DNA of 64,000 nucleotides, taken from Lama guanicoe (lineage: Eukaryota). Each line of letters begins with the position of its first letter. The first letter of the stretch is position 1. Where the stretch lies: positions 930,001-994,000 of the forward strand of contig MU054974.1 of assembly GCA_013239625.1 (NCBI GenBank). Direction: 5' to 3'. Positions 22,587 to 35,222 of this stretch are shown one piece after another. The notes beneath the pieces are model-generated. The model had not been told where the DNA came from, ran no database searches, and was given only the letters and a program-made list of their open reading frames with translations. The translations under genes were made by a program, and so were the position numbers.

Positions 22587-23715
22587 GCTCTTTGCCACGG
22601 AAAAGAAAGGCTCCTCTTGCGGGCGTCCGGAAAGCAGGAGGTGGAGTGTCACACCGGTGGCGGGAGACTGCCGCCCGCTTGCACCTCTAAAGACGGGGCC
22701 GGGCTGGGCCGGTCTGCGCGGTGACCTCTGGGGGGGGCCTGTGGTCACTGGCCCGGCCCCCCGCTCTCTTCCAGTCGTGGTCAGCTCGTCACGCCAAGCG
22801 GAGAGTCTGGGCGGCCGGGGGCACGAGGCGGAAGCGAAAGGAAGGGAGACGTTCAGACGACTGAGACATCCCGGCGAATGTCCGTCTGTCTGGACAGGAG
22901 GTTCTGACCGGCGGCCGTGGGCATCGGACTGTGAAAACGCGCGTCCCCTCGGCTCTGGGCCAGCCTGGCTCTCCCAGGCCCCGTCCCTCCCTTGACACCC
23001 TGCCTGGCGCTGCGTCCTCCACAACCTTCTCCTCCTCCAAAGACTTAAAACAAGAGAAATAAAGGAACAGAAAGAGAATCTCTGACAACGGTGCTTCCCT
23101 CAAGAATGAAATTAAAAAAAACAAAACAAAAAGGATGTTCAAGAGACGGTTTTGTCTACACTTCTAAAAGCAGAAAAGAACGCATTTAAGCAAAAGCAAG
23201 TTTATCCCTGAGAATCTCAAGCAACGTAAGCCATACCTTTCCCTACCAGACGGCAGAACCGAGATGTGCATCTCCTAAATATTAAACACATCTGCTTCAG
23301 TGATCAAAAAAAAAAAGACCTAACATACCAACACAATTAAAGCCAAATCCTAAAAAAGTAATTACGTGGGGGAAAAACGGTCCGTGCCAACCTGGAAAAC
23401 AGGCGATAAGTTACCAATCTGATAAACGAAGAACGTCATTTCCAATCTGGAAGTAAGCTATCCTGCAGTGGCCGCCGTGAGGAGGGCCGCCCTCCCGCCA
23501 CGGCGCGGGCTCGTCCCCAAGCGCTCCGACCCACCGAGGGAGGCCGCACGCGATGGTCGGCGTTTTCCGAAAGGACAAAGAGAAACCAAGTCACAAGTGC
23601 GACCCAAGAGAAGAAGACACAGAAGACGGAGGTCTGCAGACGACGCCTACCTACGAGGCACTGGGCGGGGGACGGAACTGGCCACACGGGGACCTCCCTG
23701 CGCGCGCCGGGCGCC

Positions 23716-24644
23716 TCAGTCCCCGTCCGCGTCCGAGTCGGCGAACTGCAGCTCGCACTTGACGTCGAACGGCTTGTCCCGGCCCGGGAGCTCGTCCATC
23801 CTCTGCGAGTCCTCCCTGTCGGTGGGCACCCTGCTGGCCATGGTGTCCTGCTCCGTCTCGTAGCCGGTGTCCAGGGCCGGCTTGGGCTGCCCTCCGTTCT
23901 GCTGGGAGAAGCTGCCCTGCTCCACCAGCGTCTCCTTCCCGCTCTGCTCGCAGTCGGAGAAGTCCAGCGCGGGCTTCTTCTTCCCGAGGAACACGGCCGA
24001 GCGGAACTTCAGGCACTGCCCGGGCAGGTAGCCCTTGTAGCAGTTGTAGGTCAGGAGGCAGAGGAACAGGACGAAGAAGAGGAGGCAGAGGGACATGAAG
24101 AGGCGGTTGTCACTAGATTTGAGATACATTGTCTTCTCCGAGTGGACCTGGGGGACCGTGTTGATGACGATCTTTGGTTCACAGGACGTGCTGGTGGGCG
24201 CTGCGGGGTGGGACGGGGGGCTGACGGCACTGGGCGTGCTGACCCGCACAGCTGGGGTCTGGGGAGGGGAGCCTTGGGTGGGCCCCAGCGACATTTTGGG
24301 GGTGATCCTGCCACCTTCTGTCCGTGTGGCCGGCGGGGCAGAGGCCGCCGGGGTCCGCGGGACCACCTTGACCTCCAGGACGTGCTTGGCCACCACCTGC
24401 AAGATGGTCTTGTTTCTGACCCTCTCCTCCGACAGGCACTGGTACACCCCACTGTCTCCTTCCGACAGGTCGAAGATGAGCAAGTTCTTCCTGCCCACCA
24501 GGCTGTACTTGGGGCTCTCGACCTTGAGCACGCTGTCCCGGAACTTCCACACCACCCGGGCCAGGTTGGACTTTTGGGAGCACTTGAGTTCTGCTGTGCC
24601 ACCACGCTTGAAAAAATGCTGCCGGTAACTTTCTTTAACTTTAT
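23716..24644 (-). CDS. SEMA4D: SEMA4D canonical terminal exon: Ig domain, stalk, transmembrane helix, cytoplasmic tail
   Basis: gatgttccag| DKVKESYRQHFFKRGGTAELKC...GVYQC...LFMSLCLLFFVLFLCLLTY...DTGYETEQD...FADSDADGD*; 929 nt. Confidence 0.98.
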
Positions 24645-25443
24645 CTGGAACATCAAAATAAACGTGCACAGTGTCAACAGCCCTGCTCGGTACTTGCTTC
24701 AAAAACAGGTCAACACGCACAAGAGGACACAAGAGTTTCACCCAGTGGAGCAACATGGAATCTTCCAGAACAGCTAAGGAGGTAAAGACATGCGTGACAG
24801 AAAAGCAAAGATGAGCAGCCCTTGGGGACAGAGATCGAAGCCAACTCCGAGCAGGAGAAATCCCGTTTCGCACCCCGGTTCCCCAGGAGAAAACGCGCCA
24901 GGCCGGGGAGGCCGGGCAGTAGCGCCGAGTCAAACCCAACCGGCTTCTGCTGGGGCCGCTGGGCACGCCAGCTGGTCCGAGCACCTCCACGCCCGCCTCC
25001 TGAACTGGTCTTAACGGGGCCAGGGTCGGGAGGGCAGGAGCCCAGCGCACGCCTGCCCTCGGCTGGGACAGGCCTGCCCTCCCGGGCAGAGCTGTGCTCC
25101 CCCGAGGGGCGCGAGGACGGATCTCTCAGGGGTCCCCCCTCCTGTAACCAGGGCCACAGGTTTTGTTTAGGGAGCCCCAAGCTAAGCAGGAGAGAGACGG
25201 ATGCATCTCAGGAGCAGGTGTCACGGTCTGGGATAGAGAGTGAGTCCCTGCGTGGCTTCCACATCCTGTTCTGCGATAAACAGGACAGAGAAATGCCACG
25301 GGGTCAGCCACGAGATCCTTGACCTCCGTTCCGAGTAGAGAAAGGAAAATGAAATGGGCAAAATGCCACACCACGGAAGCACTGTGAAATGGTTAGGGGA
25401 CCCGGCCGGTCCCGAAGGGAACGCAGCAGGGTGAGCCACTTAC

Positions 25444-25487
25444 CGGGGCAAGCGGATGTGTCCCCGCTCATTTCCTGAATCAGCCCC
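25444..25487 (-). CDS. SEMA4D: SEMA4D coding exon 13 (end of PSI domain; branch point for the two 3' ends)
   Basis: ttttgcag| ... CCGG|gtaagt, 44 nt, (R)[14 protein letters not shown]. Confidence 0.96.
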
Positions 25488-25572
25488 CTGCAAAACAACC
25501 GGGCACAGGTTACCCGCAGGCATGTGCGGCGCAGCGTGGGGCGGGGGCACCGACGGGCGGCGGGGCCGGTAC

Positions 25573-25745
25573 CTGCTGAGGCTGTCGGCCTGGTGCAGGG
25601 CGACGCAGGCGGCCGCGGCCGGGCTCCAGGCGCAGTAGGGGTCCCGGGCCAGCACACAGTCCTCGCAGGTGCCGTGCTGTCCGCAGAAGGCCACGGGGGC
25701 CTGCACCACGCCCGAGTTGGAACCGGCGTAGATGAACCTCCTGCC
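25573..25745 (-). CDS. SEMA4D: SEMA4D coding exon 12 (PSI domain)
   Basis: cccacag| ... CAG|gtaccg, 173 nt, [40 protein letters not shown]. Confidence 0.97.
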
Positions 25746-28134
25746 CTGTGGGTGTGGAACAGATGAGAACGGTGGGCACGGGGTGAAGCCACCAGCGTGA
25801 CGGGGCGACCGGTGCTGCTCTAGCTCGGGGGCGGAGGGGGATGACGAAGCACCCCCCGAGGTTCTGGAGGAGAAGGTGGAGCAAGGCCCGGCTGGATCCA
25901 AGACTAATCTGAATCACAGCATCGTAATGATACAGGCTAACTCAGGGCACCCTGGGCTGTGGTGCGAGTCCCGCCCTCCCTGGCCCAAGTGCCCCATCAC
26001 CCTACCCACCAGCAGGGCGCTGCGCCCCTCCTCCGCGGGCAGGGGCTGCTCAGGCCCGCGGTGCACGGGAGGCCCCCACCAGCCTGGCACTCCCGGCCGC
26101 ACTCCCGGCCTCACCACGGGCCAGGGCCAGAGGACACCACCTGCGAACCACGCCTCGCGCCTGCCACATGCGAGCACCAGTACACAGAAGGCCCGTGCCC
26201 GTGTCTGAACCCGGCGGGGCCGCGGTGCAGGAGGCGCGCCCACGTTTACGGGAGATGAATGCTGCTGGGGAGATGAACAGCCACGCTCCAAGCAGGGAGC
26301 AAAAAGCAGGCTCCTTCTGGAACTCCAGGCCCTCGGGCCACCGCCGCCAGCGCCCACGGCACTGGCAGGCGGCTGTGCACGCAGGCAGGGCTGGACTGAG
26401 GGCCCCACGGAGCGCGCCTAGGCCCGCGGCACCGCCGGGGTGGGCAGCCCAGGCCCCAGGAGATTTCCGTCTCCTCTGCTGGCGAGCCTGTCTCACTCTG
26501 AAGTTCCAGATGGGCCTTCAGGTTAACGTCAAGAGACTCCCCGGTCTACACAGAGCTCAGTGTTTTCCACTCGGATGAGATGCAGCCTCTGTCCCTGGAG
26601 AATGCGATCTGAATCGACTTCAGAGTCCGGCTGGAGCTCAGAGTCCCTGCTGTTACCCCAGAGCCCCTGGCTTGCGATGCCTCCCTCCCCGGGGGTCACA
26701 GACCCACCCTGCGGAGGGACAGTCAAGGGAGGGCAGCCCCTGCAGTGAACGGACAAGCGGCTGAGAGCCAGGCCCAGGGCCGGCCTGTCCACAGCAGCAG
26801 ATGAGGGACAGGGGCAGATGAGGGCGCGCGAGCCCCATATTCACACAGGAGGGATAATGTCCCAGGTCACAGCCAGGATTACGTGGCTCAGAGAGGTGAG
26901 GGAGCACCTCCCGGGGTGACAGGCTGAGCGGGGCTCCCGGAGGGACCCTAGTATGGGCCCGGACATTCATGCAGAGCCCAGCAGGGGGCCCGGGCTGCCT
27001 GGGGAGCCCACGGGCACCTCCCCCGGGGAGGAGGCCCTCCCCAGCCCGGCTCCTGCGCCCAGCAGTGCGGGCCGAGCCCCTGTGACGCAGAGCCGACGGC
27101 GCCTCTCCGACTCCCACGGACGGGGGAGGGAAGGGGATGGGAAAGCCGCTTGGATCCTGCAGCAGTGCCCGCTGCGGGCCAGGCCACGGGCGGACGTGAC
27201 GAGTCAGCGGGCACGGGGCCAGGTGTCTGTGGAGCCTCAAGGTCACCCACAAATTAGTGGTGGCGACAGTAGGAGCTGAACGTGGCCCCCAGACTCTTCA
27301 GCCTCCCCCTCGAGAAGCTGGGGCTTAGCTCCCCATCCCCTGGGGAACTGGGCCCACCGAACACAGGGCGCAGGGACAGCACGGAAAAAGAAATCAGTAA
27401 CTCTGAGAAGTCACGTCGAGGCCACGTCCCTGAGACAGTGGTCATCTCCCCAAACACTCACCCCTAACCTACACACAACACCAGAGGCGCCCAAACTGAA
27501 GGGTGTCCGCAGAACGCGACCTGTTCTCTCCTGAGTGTCACAGCCACCCAGACGGGCGGATGGGGGGCCGTGCGGGCTGGAGGGGACTGAGGAGAGGAGC
27601 TGGAGGACGCATGGGGCCCTGCAGCCTGAAGGCAGGTGGCGGGACAGGGGTTCCGGGGCCTGGAGGGGAGTGGGGGTGCGGTGCCAGCGGACCTCCTCGG
27701 GTTGGCAGGCACGCACTGGACTCCCTGCACCATCGTCCCAACTCTTCTGAGAGAAAACCACCCGGCCGGGCGCCATGAGAGATCTGTTGGGAACGCGCGT
27801 TCCCCAGCCCTCTCCCTGTGGGCGCCGCGTGTGTCTCCACCCTCCAGCTGACTACATGCCCTGCTGGAGCCCTGGGCCCACACTGTCTCATTTCCATCCC
27901 TGCATACACAGGCACGTGATCGTGGGGGGACGTGGCTGGAGCTGGAGGAGCACCTGCCGAAGCAACTGTTCCCTCCCCTTTGCTGCACAGGCTGCCCCTT
28001 ACCATCCAAGAGTGTCCTTGGGGACCGCAGACGCAGCCGGCTCTGTGGCCCAGGGCACACCTGCCACGTACACACAGAGACCCGGGAGCAGGACTCAGAG
28101 ACGTCACACGGCACTAGTCACAACACCCCAGGGG

Positions 28135-28550
28135 TGGAGGCAACCCAAGCGTCCCTCAGTGGGTGAGTAAACAAGATGTGGTGTGTGCACATGATGGAAT
28201 ATTATTCAGCCCCGAAAAGGAAAGAAATCCCATCAATTGCAATGGCATGGATGAACCTTTAAGACAATATGCTGGAGAAAACAAGCCAGTCCAAAAGGGC
28301 AAACATTGTAGGATTCCACTGAAGTGAGGTTCTTAGTCAAACACTCAGAGATGGAAAGCAGAACGGGGCTGGGGAACGGGAGGAAGGAGGAGTCAGTGTT
28401 CAACGGGGACAGGGCTTCAGTTTGGAAGGATGAAAAAGCTCTGGAGGTGGACGGCAATGATGGCCACACAGCGTGACTGCACTTGGCGCTGCTGAAGTGT
28501 ACACACAAAACAACCAAAATTTATCTGATGAGTATTTACCACACACAAAA
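28135..28550 (+). mobile_element. Old L1 (L1M) 3'-end fragment
   Basis: caacccaagcgtcc...atggaatattattcagcc...catggatgaacctt, typical of the L1 ORF2 end and 3'UTR. Confidence 0.75.
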
Positions 28551-30184
28551 AAACCCAAAAAAACAAAGTCACTTGTTAGGGGACAGGAGATAGTGACAAG
28601 GGGCAGTCCCCCTTTCTGGCTGCAGGGGGCTCTGTGCTGCCCACAGCTGCTCACCAGCCTTCCACACTGAGGCTCAGGCACGATGGGCCGAAGACTGCAG
28701 GCGGGGACAAGGGGCAGGGGGCCTTTTACCCAGAAGAGCCGCTTCCTGCTGCCCCGGCAGCACGGCCAGCAGCCCAGGGGAAGGTGCGGGGCCCCGTGGG
28801 TGCGCGACAAACTCTCAGGTGTCCCAGGTAACTGAGCATGCCCCAGTGCAGTGGGGACTCTTGCAGGGACAGGCCATTCATTCCCCGGGCGCCAGGCTTC
28901 CCCCAGCCACGTGACCGCATCCTGACCGCAGAGTGGGGGGCAGAGGGCTGACCTGTAAGAGCCCCCCAGGAGATCCTGCCCTCCTTCCTCCTCCCCCCAT
29001 CCTCCAACGAGATGAGAGCCCATGTGCCCTGGGCCCTGGACTCGGGTTCAGGATGGCAGGGCACAGGTCCGTGAACTGCACCGTGGCGCAGAGCAGGGCC
29101 CTGTTCTCACCGCACGTCCACCCGCGCTCGGGGTCCGGCCTCAGTTCTGATGAGTATGTGTGCATTTGGAGGCCTCAAGGGTCCTCGTCCCAGGCTGGCT
29201 GAGGCACCTGGGGGACCTGCCAGCAGGCGGACGGTCTCCTGGGTGTCCTTGGCTCAACAAGGACGTGGGGTCGGTGGGACCCCAGAAAGGGGGGCCGAAG
29301 CACCCCCCCGAGAGGCACGGATGCCACGTCTGGTAGCCTAACTCCATTGACCTCGTCCTTCCTCCCTCTCAGAACGGGAAGGAGGGAGCTCGCCGTGCAG
29401 TGGCCAAGGGGGGAGGTGGCCCTGTGACAGGCGTCTGAAACCAGAGCCACCTCCTCAAGCTCAGGACAAAAGACCCACATGTGATGTTTGCCAACACGTG
29501 GCGACCGAGAAGTCGCCTTTTTTCTTTTCATTCCCGCCTGGCTACCAGGGGCGCCCACCTGCTGCCCGTGGCCCAGGGCTGAGGGAGCCGTGCGCCTGGG
29601 CCCCACAAGCCGGGTGGAGCCAGGGCAGCGAGGATGCTCCGAGGGGCCACAGGAACAACCTCTTTCCAACATGAAGAGAGGAGGCCCGGCGTGTCACGGG
29701 TCAAACCGGAAATTCCCAGCAACAGGTGACACCACACGAAGCAGGGACAGCCTGGCCTGGTGCCCCTGAGCAAAGCTTTTCAAACAGGGTGCAGGTGGGG
29801 AGACTGAGCAGTGGGGGGCCTGCAGCGCAGGAGAACGTGACGCATGGCCGAGCTTCCCTGGGACTGCCAGGCCCCAGAGCCCGTCAGCCCAGGGACACTC
29901 AAGTCCCCACGGGGGGACCCTACACGCGTAAGGGAGGTCCTTGACCTGACAGCCCAGGGGCCGCAGTGTGGGGAGTCACAGGGCAGGGCCGGGACCAGGC
30001 TGGGACCCTCCCATCTGCTGTACCTCACTGTATGGATAGAGACCGAGGTAGGACTGGCCTGCCCAGGCTCCCGGTCACACATTGTGGAGCCTGGATTTGG
30101 ATCCGGCCCGCACTCTGCCCGTCACTGCTCCATCCCAGCTGTAAACCGGGTGGCATGTTTCCCAAAGGCCACTACAGATACACG

Positions 30185-30487
30185 ACAGGTGACAGCCTGT
30201 GGACGGCAAGGCAAACCCAGCCCGCTGGCTGTCTCTGCACAGCCCACCAGCTAACAAACGGGTTCACATTTTTAAATGGTTGAAGGAAAGTCAGAAGAAT
30301 GACATTCGGTGACACGTGAGAATTCCATGAACTGCAAAGCTCGGCGCCCGTGCATGAGGCTTTGCGGGAACGTAACAGGGCTCGCCAGCCTGCGGACCGC
30401 CCACGGCTGCTCCAGGCTGCAACAGCCCGGCCCCTGGGGCCTCAAGCAGTCAAGCTTGGTCCTTTAGAGAAAAGCCTGCAGCCCTGG
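30185..30487 (+). mobile_element. MER58B-like hAT-Charlie MITE
   Basis: cagcccaccagctaa...ttcacatttttaaatggttgaa...gtgacacgtga...cctttagagaaaagcctgcagccctg resembles the recalled MER58B consensus. Confidence 0.7.
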
Positions 30488-30849
30488 AGTAGGAGGAAGT
30501 GCCCTGCTGTTACTCAGAGGACGGTTTTCTGCAGTGATGAGGCGGTGCACAGGTGGCGCACCGGCCGGCGGGGGCTCGGCCTCACCGAGTCCCGGACACG
30601 AGGAAGTGCTTTCACAGGCCAGTGACGACGCGCCCCCAGCGCTGGTCCCGACAGCTCAGTGAGGCTCTGTCAGCTTTTAGGACAGTTGTCGTCCCTCCAC
30701 CCCAAGCCCCACAGCTCATGGAAGGACCTTCTGTAAGAGCCTGAAGGTCGGCTCATCTGGGCCAGACAGACGGCGCGGACTGCCCGGCCCAGCCCAGCCT
30801 GTGGCCGCTGAGACGCGGGGCCACCCACCCAGCTGCCCGGTCACTTTAC

Positions 30850-30965
30850 CTTCTTGGAGGACAGCAGCAGGGTCTGGACCGGCTCGAAGTCCTGGAAGAG
30901 CTGTGTCTCCTCGATGATGTGGACGTCATTCTCAAGGTTGATGGCTTTGTGCAGGGCGCCCCGGT
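30850..30965 (-). CDS. SEMA4D: SEMA4D coding exon 11
   Basis: ctcgcag| ... AAG|gtaaag, 116 nt, [39 protein letters not shown]. Confidence 0.97.
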
Positions 30966-31736
30966 CTGCGAGGTCAAAGGTCAAAGCTATAGGTCAGTCC
31001 CCGAGGGGAGAGGATGGTCAGTGGCAAATGGTCACCCTTCCTCCCCTCACTCCCTCCCCCAACAGGAGGCTTAGAAACAGATGGTGTTTTTGCATCAGAA
31101 ACAGAAGAGGAAAAGCAAAATAAACAGCTGGAAACCCAAACAGCACAAGCTGCTCCCGTTCTTTTCTGGGAAGTACACAGCCCTTTGCTGACCCCGACTT
31201 CCCTCATCAGCATGGTCAACGTGCCACCCGAACAAATGGGGCATGTTTCCTGGGCTCCAGGGGCCTCGGGGGTGCCAACCCCCTGGAGCCCCAGGCCAGG
31301 AGGGCGGGGGCTGGACAGAGCCGCAGCGGCCGCAGCACCTGGCCGCCATCCCTGTTCTGGGAGCACCTGTGTCAGGCCAGGGGCGACCAGGAAAGGCATG
31401 CCTCACACAGCAGGTCAGGACAGGCCTTGAACTCAGCCACGGGGAGCTGGGACGTGCGTATCTGCCGGCTCTCACCTCGCCTCCCCAGGCACCACCCGGC
31501 CTCCCTTTACACCAGCCCAGACCCTTCAGACCTGAATTTCCAGATCTGGGCCAAGACTCGCATTATTAACCAGTGCCCCAGGTGGTCTGACGGCCACTGA
31601 GATCTGAAGCCACCTTCTTAGAAACCCTCCCACGCTCTAAGAAACCACCCAGGCACCGGGGGGAGGGAGACGCTGGCAGCATGCAGCAGAGATGCGCCGG
31701 ACTTACCCACGTCCTCGCCCAGGGCGCGGGACCCAC

Positions 31737-31959
31737 CTGTGCTGACAAACATGACATCGTAGACGGTCCCGTCCAGGGCCTGGGTCCTGTCCACCACGAT
31801 CTGCGTGTAGTTCGCGTCGGTTTTGACCAGCCGGGGCCTGTTGTCTACCGGGGTCACGGAGTCGTCCATCAGCGGGTGATCTTTGACAAACTGCAGGGTC
31901 TTGTCTGGCAGGTTGAGCGAGCTGGAGAGGTTGGCCGCCCGCGCCTCCCGGTTGATACA
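31737..31959 (-). CDS. SEMA4D: SEMA4D coding exon 10
   Basis: cctgcag| ... CAG|gtgggt, 223 nt, [35 protein letters not shown]...DVMFVST. Confidence 0.96.
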
Positions 31960-32882
31960 CTGCAGGGGGCAGACCAGCCGTCAGCACGCACGCACTCGGG
32001 CGCGCAGCACACGCTCCGAGCAAAAGCTGAGGCTTCCCCGAGGTGCGAAGCTCGGGACCCCAGAGTGGGCTTCTTTGAAACATGGAAAAACTGAGGTGAC
32101 CGTCCCCCAGGAATCTGAAGACGCAGTTATAAAGCACGTGGGAAAGGCAACGATCTCTTCGTCCACAAGACACAGTTGTGTCTCACGATATGTAATGATT
32201 TTCGTCTCTTCATAAGTGAAAAAAGTGTGTCAGGCTTTTGAAATTAAAAATAAATATTTATCATTTGCTAGCTCTCCTGGAAAAGAAGCCTGGAAAATTC
32301 ACTAAAAACAGTCCAATTCTAAATACAAGGAGCACAAAGGTCAAGAGAATGAAGGATCTTTTCTCCACCCAGCACCTGCTGTGCAAAAACCAAAATTCAT
32401 GGCCACAAGTGAACACCTTTTGCTTAATGACATGCATGAAAGGGCATGGGCCAGGTCAGCAGGGGTGTGGGGCCCAGGGAGGGGGACCGTCCCTGGGGTG
32501 AGCTCCGAGCACCAGACCACTCGCCCAGGTCACAGCCCCGCCTGACCAGTCACACAACAAAAGGAGGCAGCCACACAGGCCTAGAAACCCAATTCACTAC
32601 TTTCAGAAAAAATGTGACTCCCATTAATGAATGGAGAGTATCGCTCAACTCTTTGCTAAGAAATCGTGTGTTTCTTTTGCAGGAAACAGAAAATGAAACA
32701 GAGCTGGTTTCATTACGCAACGTGAATCCCACACGATGCTAATCCCGTGCCAGCCGGGACAGCCTTCCTGTCCGGGGAGCACGTCGCACCAGCTGTCACA
32801 CAGCACGCCGACGAGCAGGGCCAGGGGAAGGGGGAGCGCGCCCGCCGCCCCTCCCCACCGCCCGCAGCCCCGGCCCGCTCAC

Positions 32883-33039
32883 CGCCCCGGGCTGCGGCGT
32901 GGGCACCGGCCCGTTGTAGCGCACCCACTTGGTGTGGGACTGCTCCACCGTGGCGCTCTGCATGTACTTCCCGCTGGCGAAGACCGCCTCGGCCGTGGAC
33001 AGGTTGTAGGCACACACGGCCGACAGCCCCACATTGTTC
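32883..33039 (-). CDS. SEMA4D: SEMA4D coding exon 9
   Basis: ccccaccag| ... GCG|gtgagc, 157 nt, [14 protein letters not shown]...[16 protein letters not shown]. Confidence 0.97.
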
Positions 33040-33129
33040 CTGGTGGGGAGGGGCGATGTGACTGCCCTGGGTCGGGGTGGGGGGGGTGCAGAGAAGACAG
33101 CCCCGCCCCCGCCCGCCCGGGGCACTCAC

Positions 33130-33305
33130 AGCTGCGGGGTGAAGACCCCGTAGAACACGGGCTCCTTCAGGCCCGGCGCCCGGAGGACGAAGACGTCCCG
33201 CAGCACGTTGAAGACGAGGTTGCTCTCCGGCCGGGAGCAGATGAGCCTGGCCTTCAGGAAGGAGGTCCACTTCTTCTGTAAGGTCCTCAAGCCGCCCTGG
33301 TCCCC
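33130..33305 (-). CDS. SEMA4D: SEMA4D coding exon 8
   Basis: gtttcag| ... GCT|gtgagt, 176 nt, [24 protein letters not shown] (sema signature). Confidence 0.97.
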
Positions 33306-34208
33306 CTGAAACCCAAAGACGGGCGTGGCAGGGGGAGGGCAGGCGCCCCCACGGGCGGGCGGTAAGGGACACACTCGGGCCCAGAACAGCTCTTCTTCAC
33401 GAAAGGCAGCAGAGGCCTGCAGACCGCTCCGCATCCCCGGCACGCCTCCCACGGCAGCTCGCGCCCCGGATCCAAGCGCAAAACCGAGCCGGCAGGTAAC
33501 TCCCCCGACTAGGTGTCACCCAGTCGCAGCCGGAGCCACCCGACTGCCCACGCCCAGTGTCCCGCAGCAGACGCCCCTTGTCCTCGAACACGGTCACTGC
33601 TGCGGCCTTTGGCCCGTGTGCCTCTCCAGACTCACGGCCCGGCTGTGAGTGACCCGTGGCGCCAGGGGCCGGTGGGCGCACGGGCGCCCCCGTCTGTCTC
33701 AGGTCAACTGCGTAGGTGTGGTCCCCCCAAAAGGTGCTCCTTGTGGGAGATCAGACCCTCACTTCCCGCCAGCCCCGAGCGACCTGCTGGTCTCTGGACC
33801 TGCCAGGTTCTCCACGAACACTTTTTAGGAAAATGACCACCAAGAGACAGTCGTCAACACCCCTGACGTGACTTAAGTCTGGAGAGAAACGGTGAAACTG
33901 GGGCGACCGGACACACGTGAAATCGAAGTGTCCTTCTTTATCCTGGACACGCTGAAACACGTTCCTCCCGCCTTCACACTGGAGCAGCAAATCCCAGTTC
34001 CGGGAGAATCTGGCTAATAACAGCACAGGAAAACTAACTTCCTATAAACCAGGGGAGGTTGGAGGAAGGTGTGGTCGGCGCAGGTCTGACCGCCACACAC
34101 AGGTGCCGGTGCTCCGCACCCGACGCCCGTCCACACCGGCATTTCAGTGGCGCCCGGATGACATGAGGTCACCGAGGGCTGGAACCAAGAAGCGGGGAGG
34201 GCGCTCAC

Positions 34209-34354
34209 CTTGCACACCCTCGCCACCCGGGGGATCAGCAGCTTGAAGACAAACTCGTATTCCACAGACACCTCCGTGAAGAAGAAATAGACCCTGTCGT
34301 CCTCGCCGTTGTCCAGGCTCTCTCGGATGACGTCGGAAAACACGAAGCTGGGCT
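34209..34354 (-). CDS. SEMA4D: SEMA4D coding exon 7
   Basis: ccctgcag| ... AAG|gtgagc, 146 nt, [49 protein letters not shown]. Confidence 0.97.
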
Positions 34355-35108
34355 CTGCAGGGAGCACTCTGGTTGTCACTGTGCCCACAGAGCGGCCCGG
34401 GCGCCCCCTACAAAGGACGTGAGGGGGCCCCGCCACGCCCCAGACTAACTCCAGGCCCAGGAAGGGCGGCGGTGCCCAGCACGTCCTCCTCGGCCTAAGG
34501 AGACGCCTGAGATGGTGGTTCTGAAGCACACCCTCCGGGGCCACCCCGAGAACGGAGCTGGGGCTCCCAACAGGCAGGCAGACTGGGGGCCCCAGGGAGC
34601 CAGATCCCGCTGTCCCTGGGGACCCGCTGGAAGACATGCACCTGCCGGTTCCAACAGCACACGCCTGAAGTGGACAAATTCCCGACCACCAGACCCAGGG
34701 GCCCCGAGGCTCTGGCTCTGCCTGGCTGGCACCCACGAGAACAGTCCTGTGGGAGCAGCTGAGGGCCCCTGCACCGTGAACCCGACGTGGACACACGACG
34801 CTCAGAGGTGAGGTTATAACATCACGTGCCGATCTGATGAGCCTGGTTCGCCGCTCTGAGCCTCCCAGATCCATTCTCAAGGAGGGGTAAAGGCAGACTT
34901 AAGGCAGCACCCCCTCAGCAGAGCAGAGAACAGCGAGGGCCCTGGCTGCTGGCCGTGCGGCCCCAGCAGCTCCTGGAGCGCCCTGACCACGCGGGGCACA
35001 CGCGGGCGGGCTGGGAGCCAGGAAGGGGACAGCCAGAGCCGGGGCCCTGCTGGCGGGGAAGCGACCCCAGGCGGAAAGGCACCTTGGCTGGCGCCGCCTG
35101 CTCCTTAC

Positions 35109-35222
35109 CGTTCAGCCAGGGTATCGCGTACTCTGTTCTCAGAGGGCTGTGGGAGGAATTTCGGGAGATGATGGGCTCGCTTCCCAAAAAGTTGTACGAC
35201 GTCCCGGAATAAAGCTCTCCGT
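35109..35222 (-). CDS. SEMA4D: SEMA4D coding exon 6
   Basis: caccgaag| ... AACG|gtaagg, 114 nt, DGELYSGTSYNFLGSEPIISRNSSHSPLRTEYAIPWLN. Confidence 0.96.

Noticed and set aside
24645-25050. N-terminal extension of the 444-aa ORF covering the last SEMA4D exon
   Set aside because: Open intronic frame upstream of the clear acceptor at 24645, with no SEMA4D similarity.
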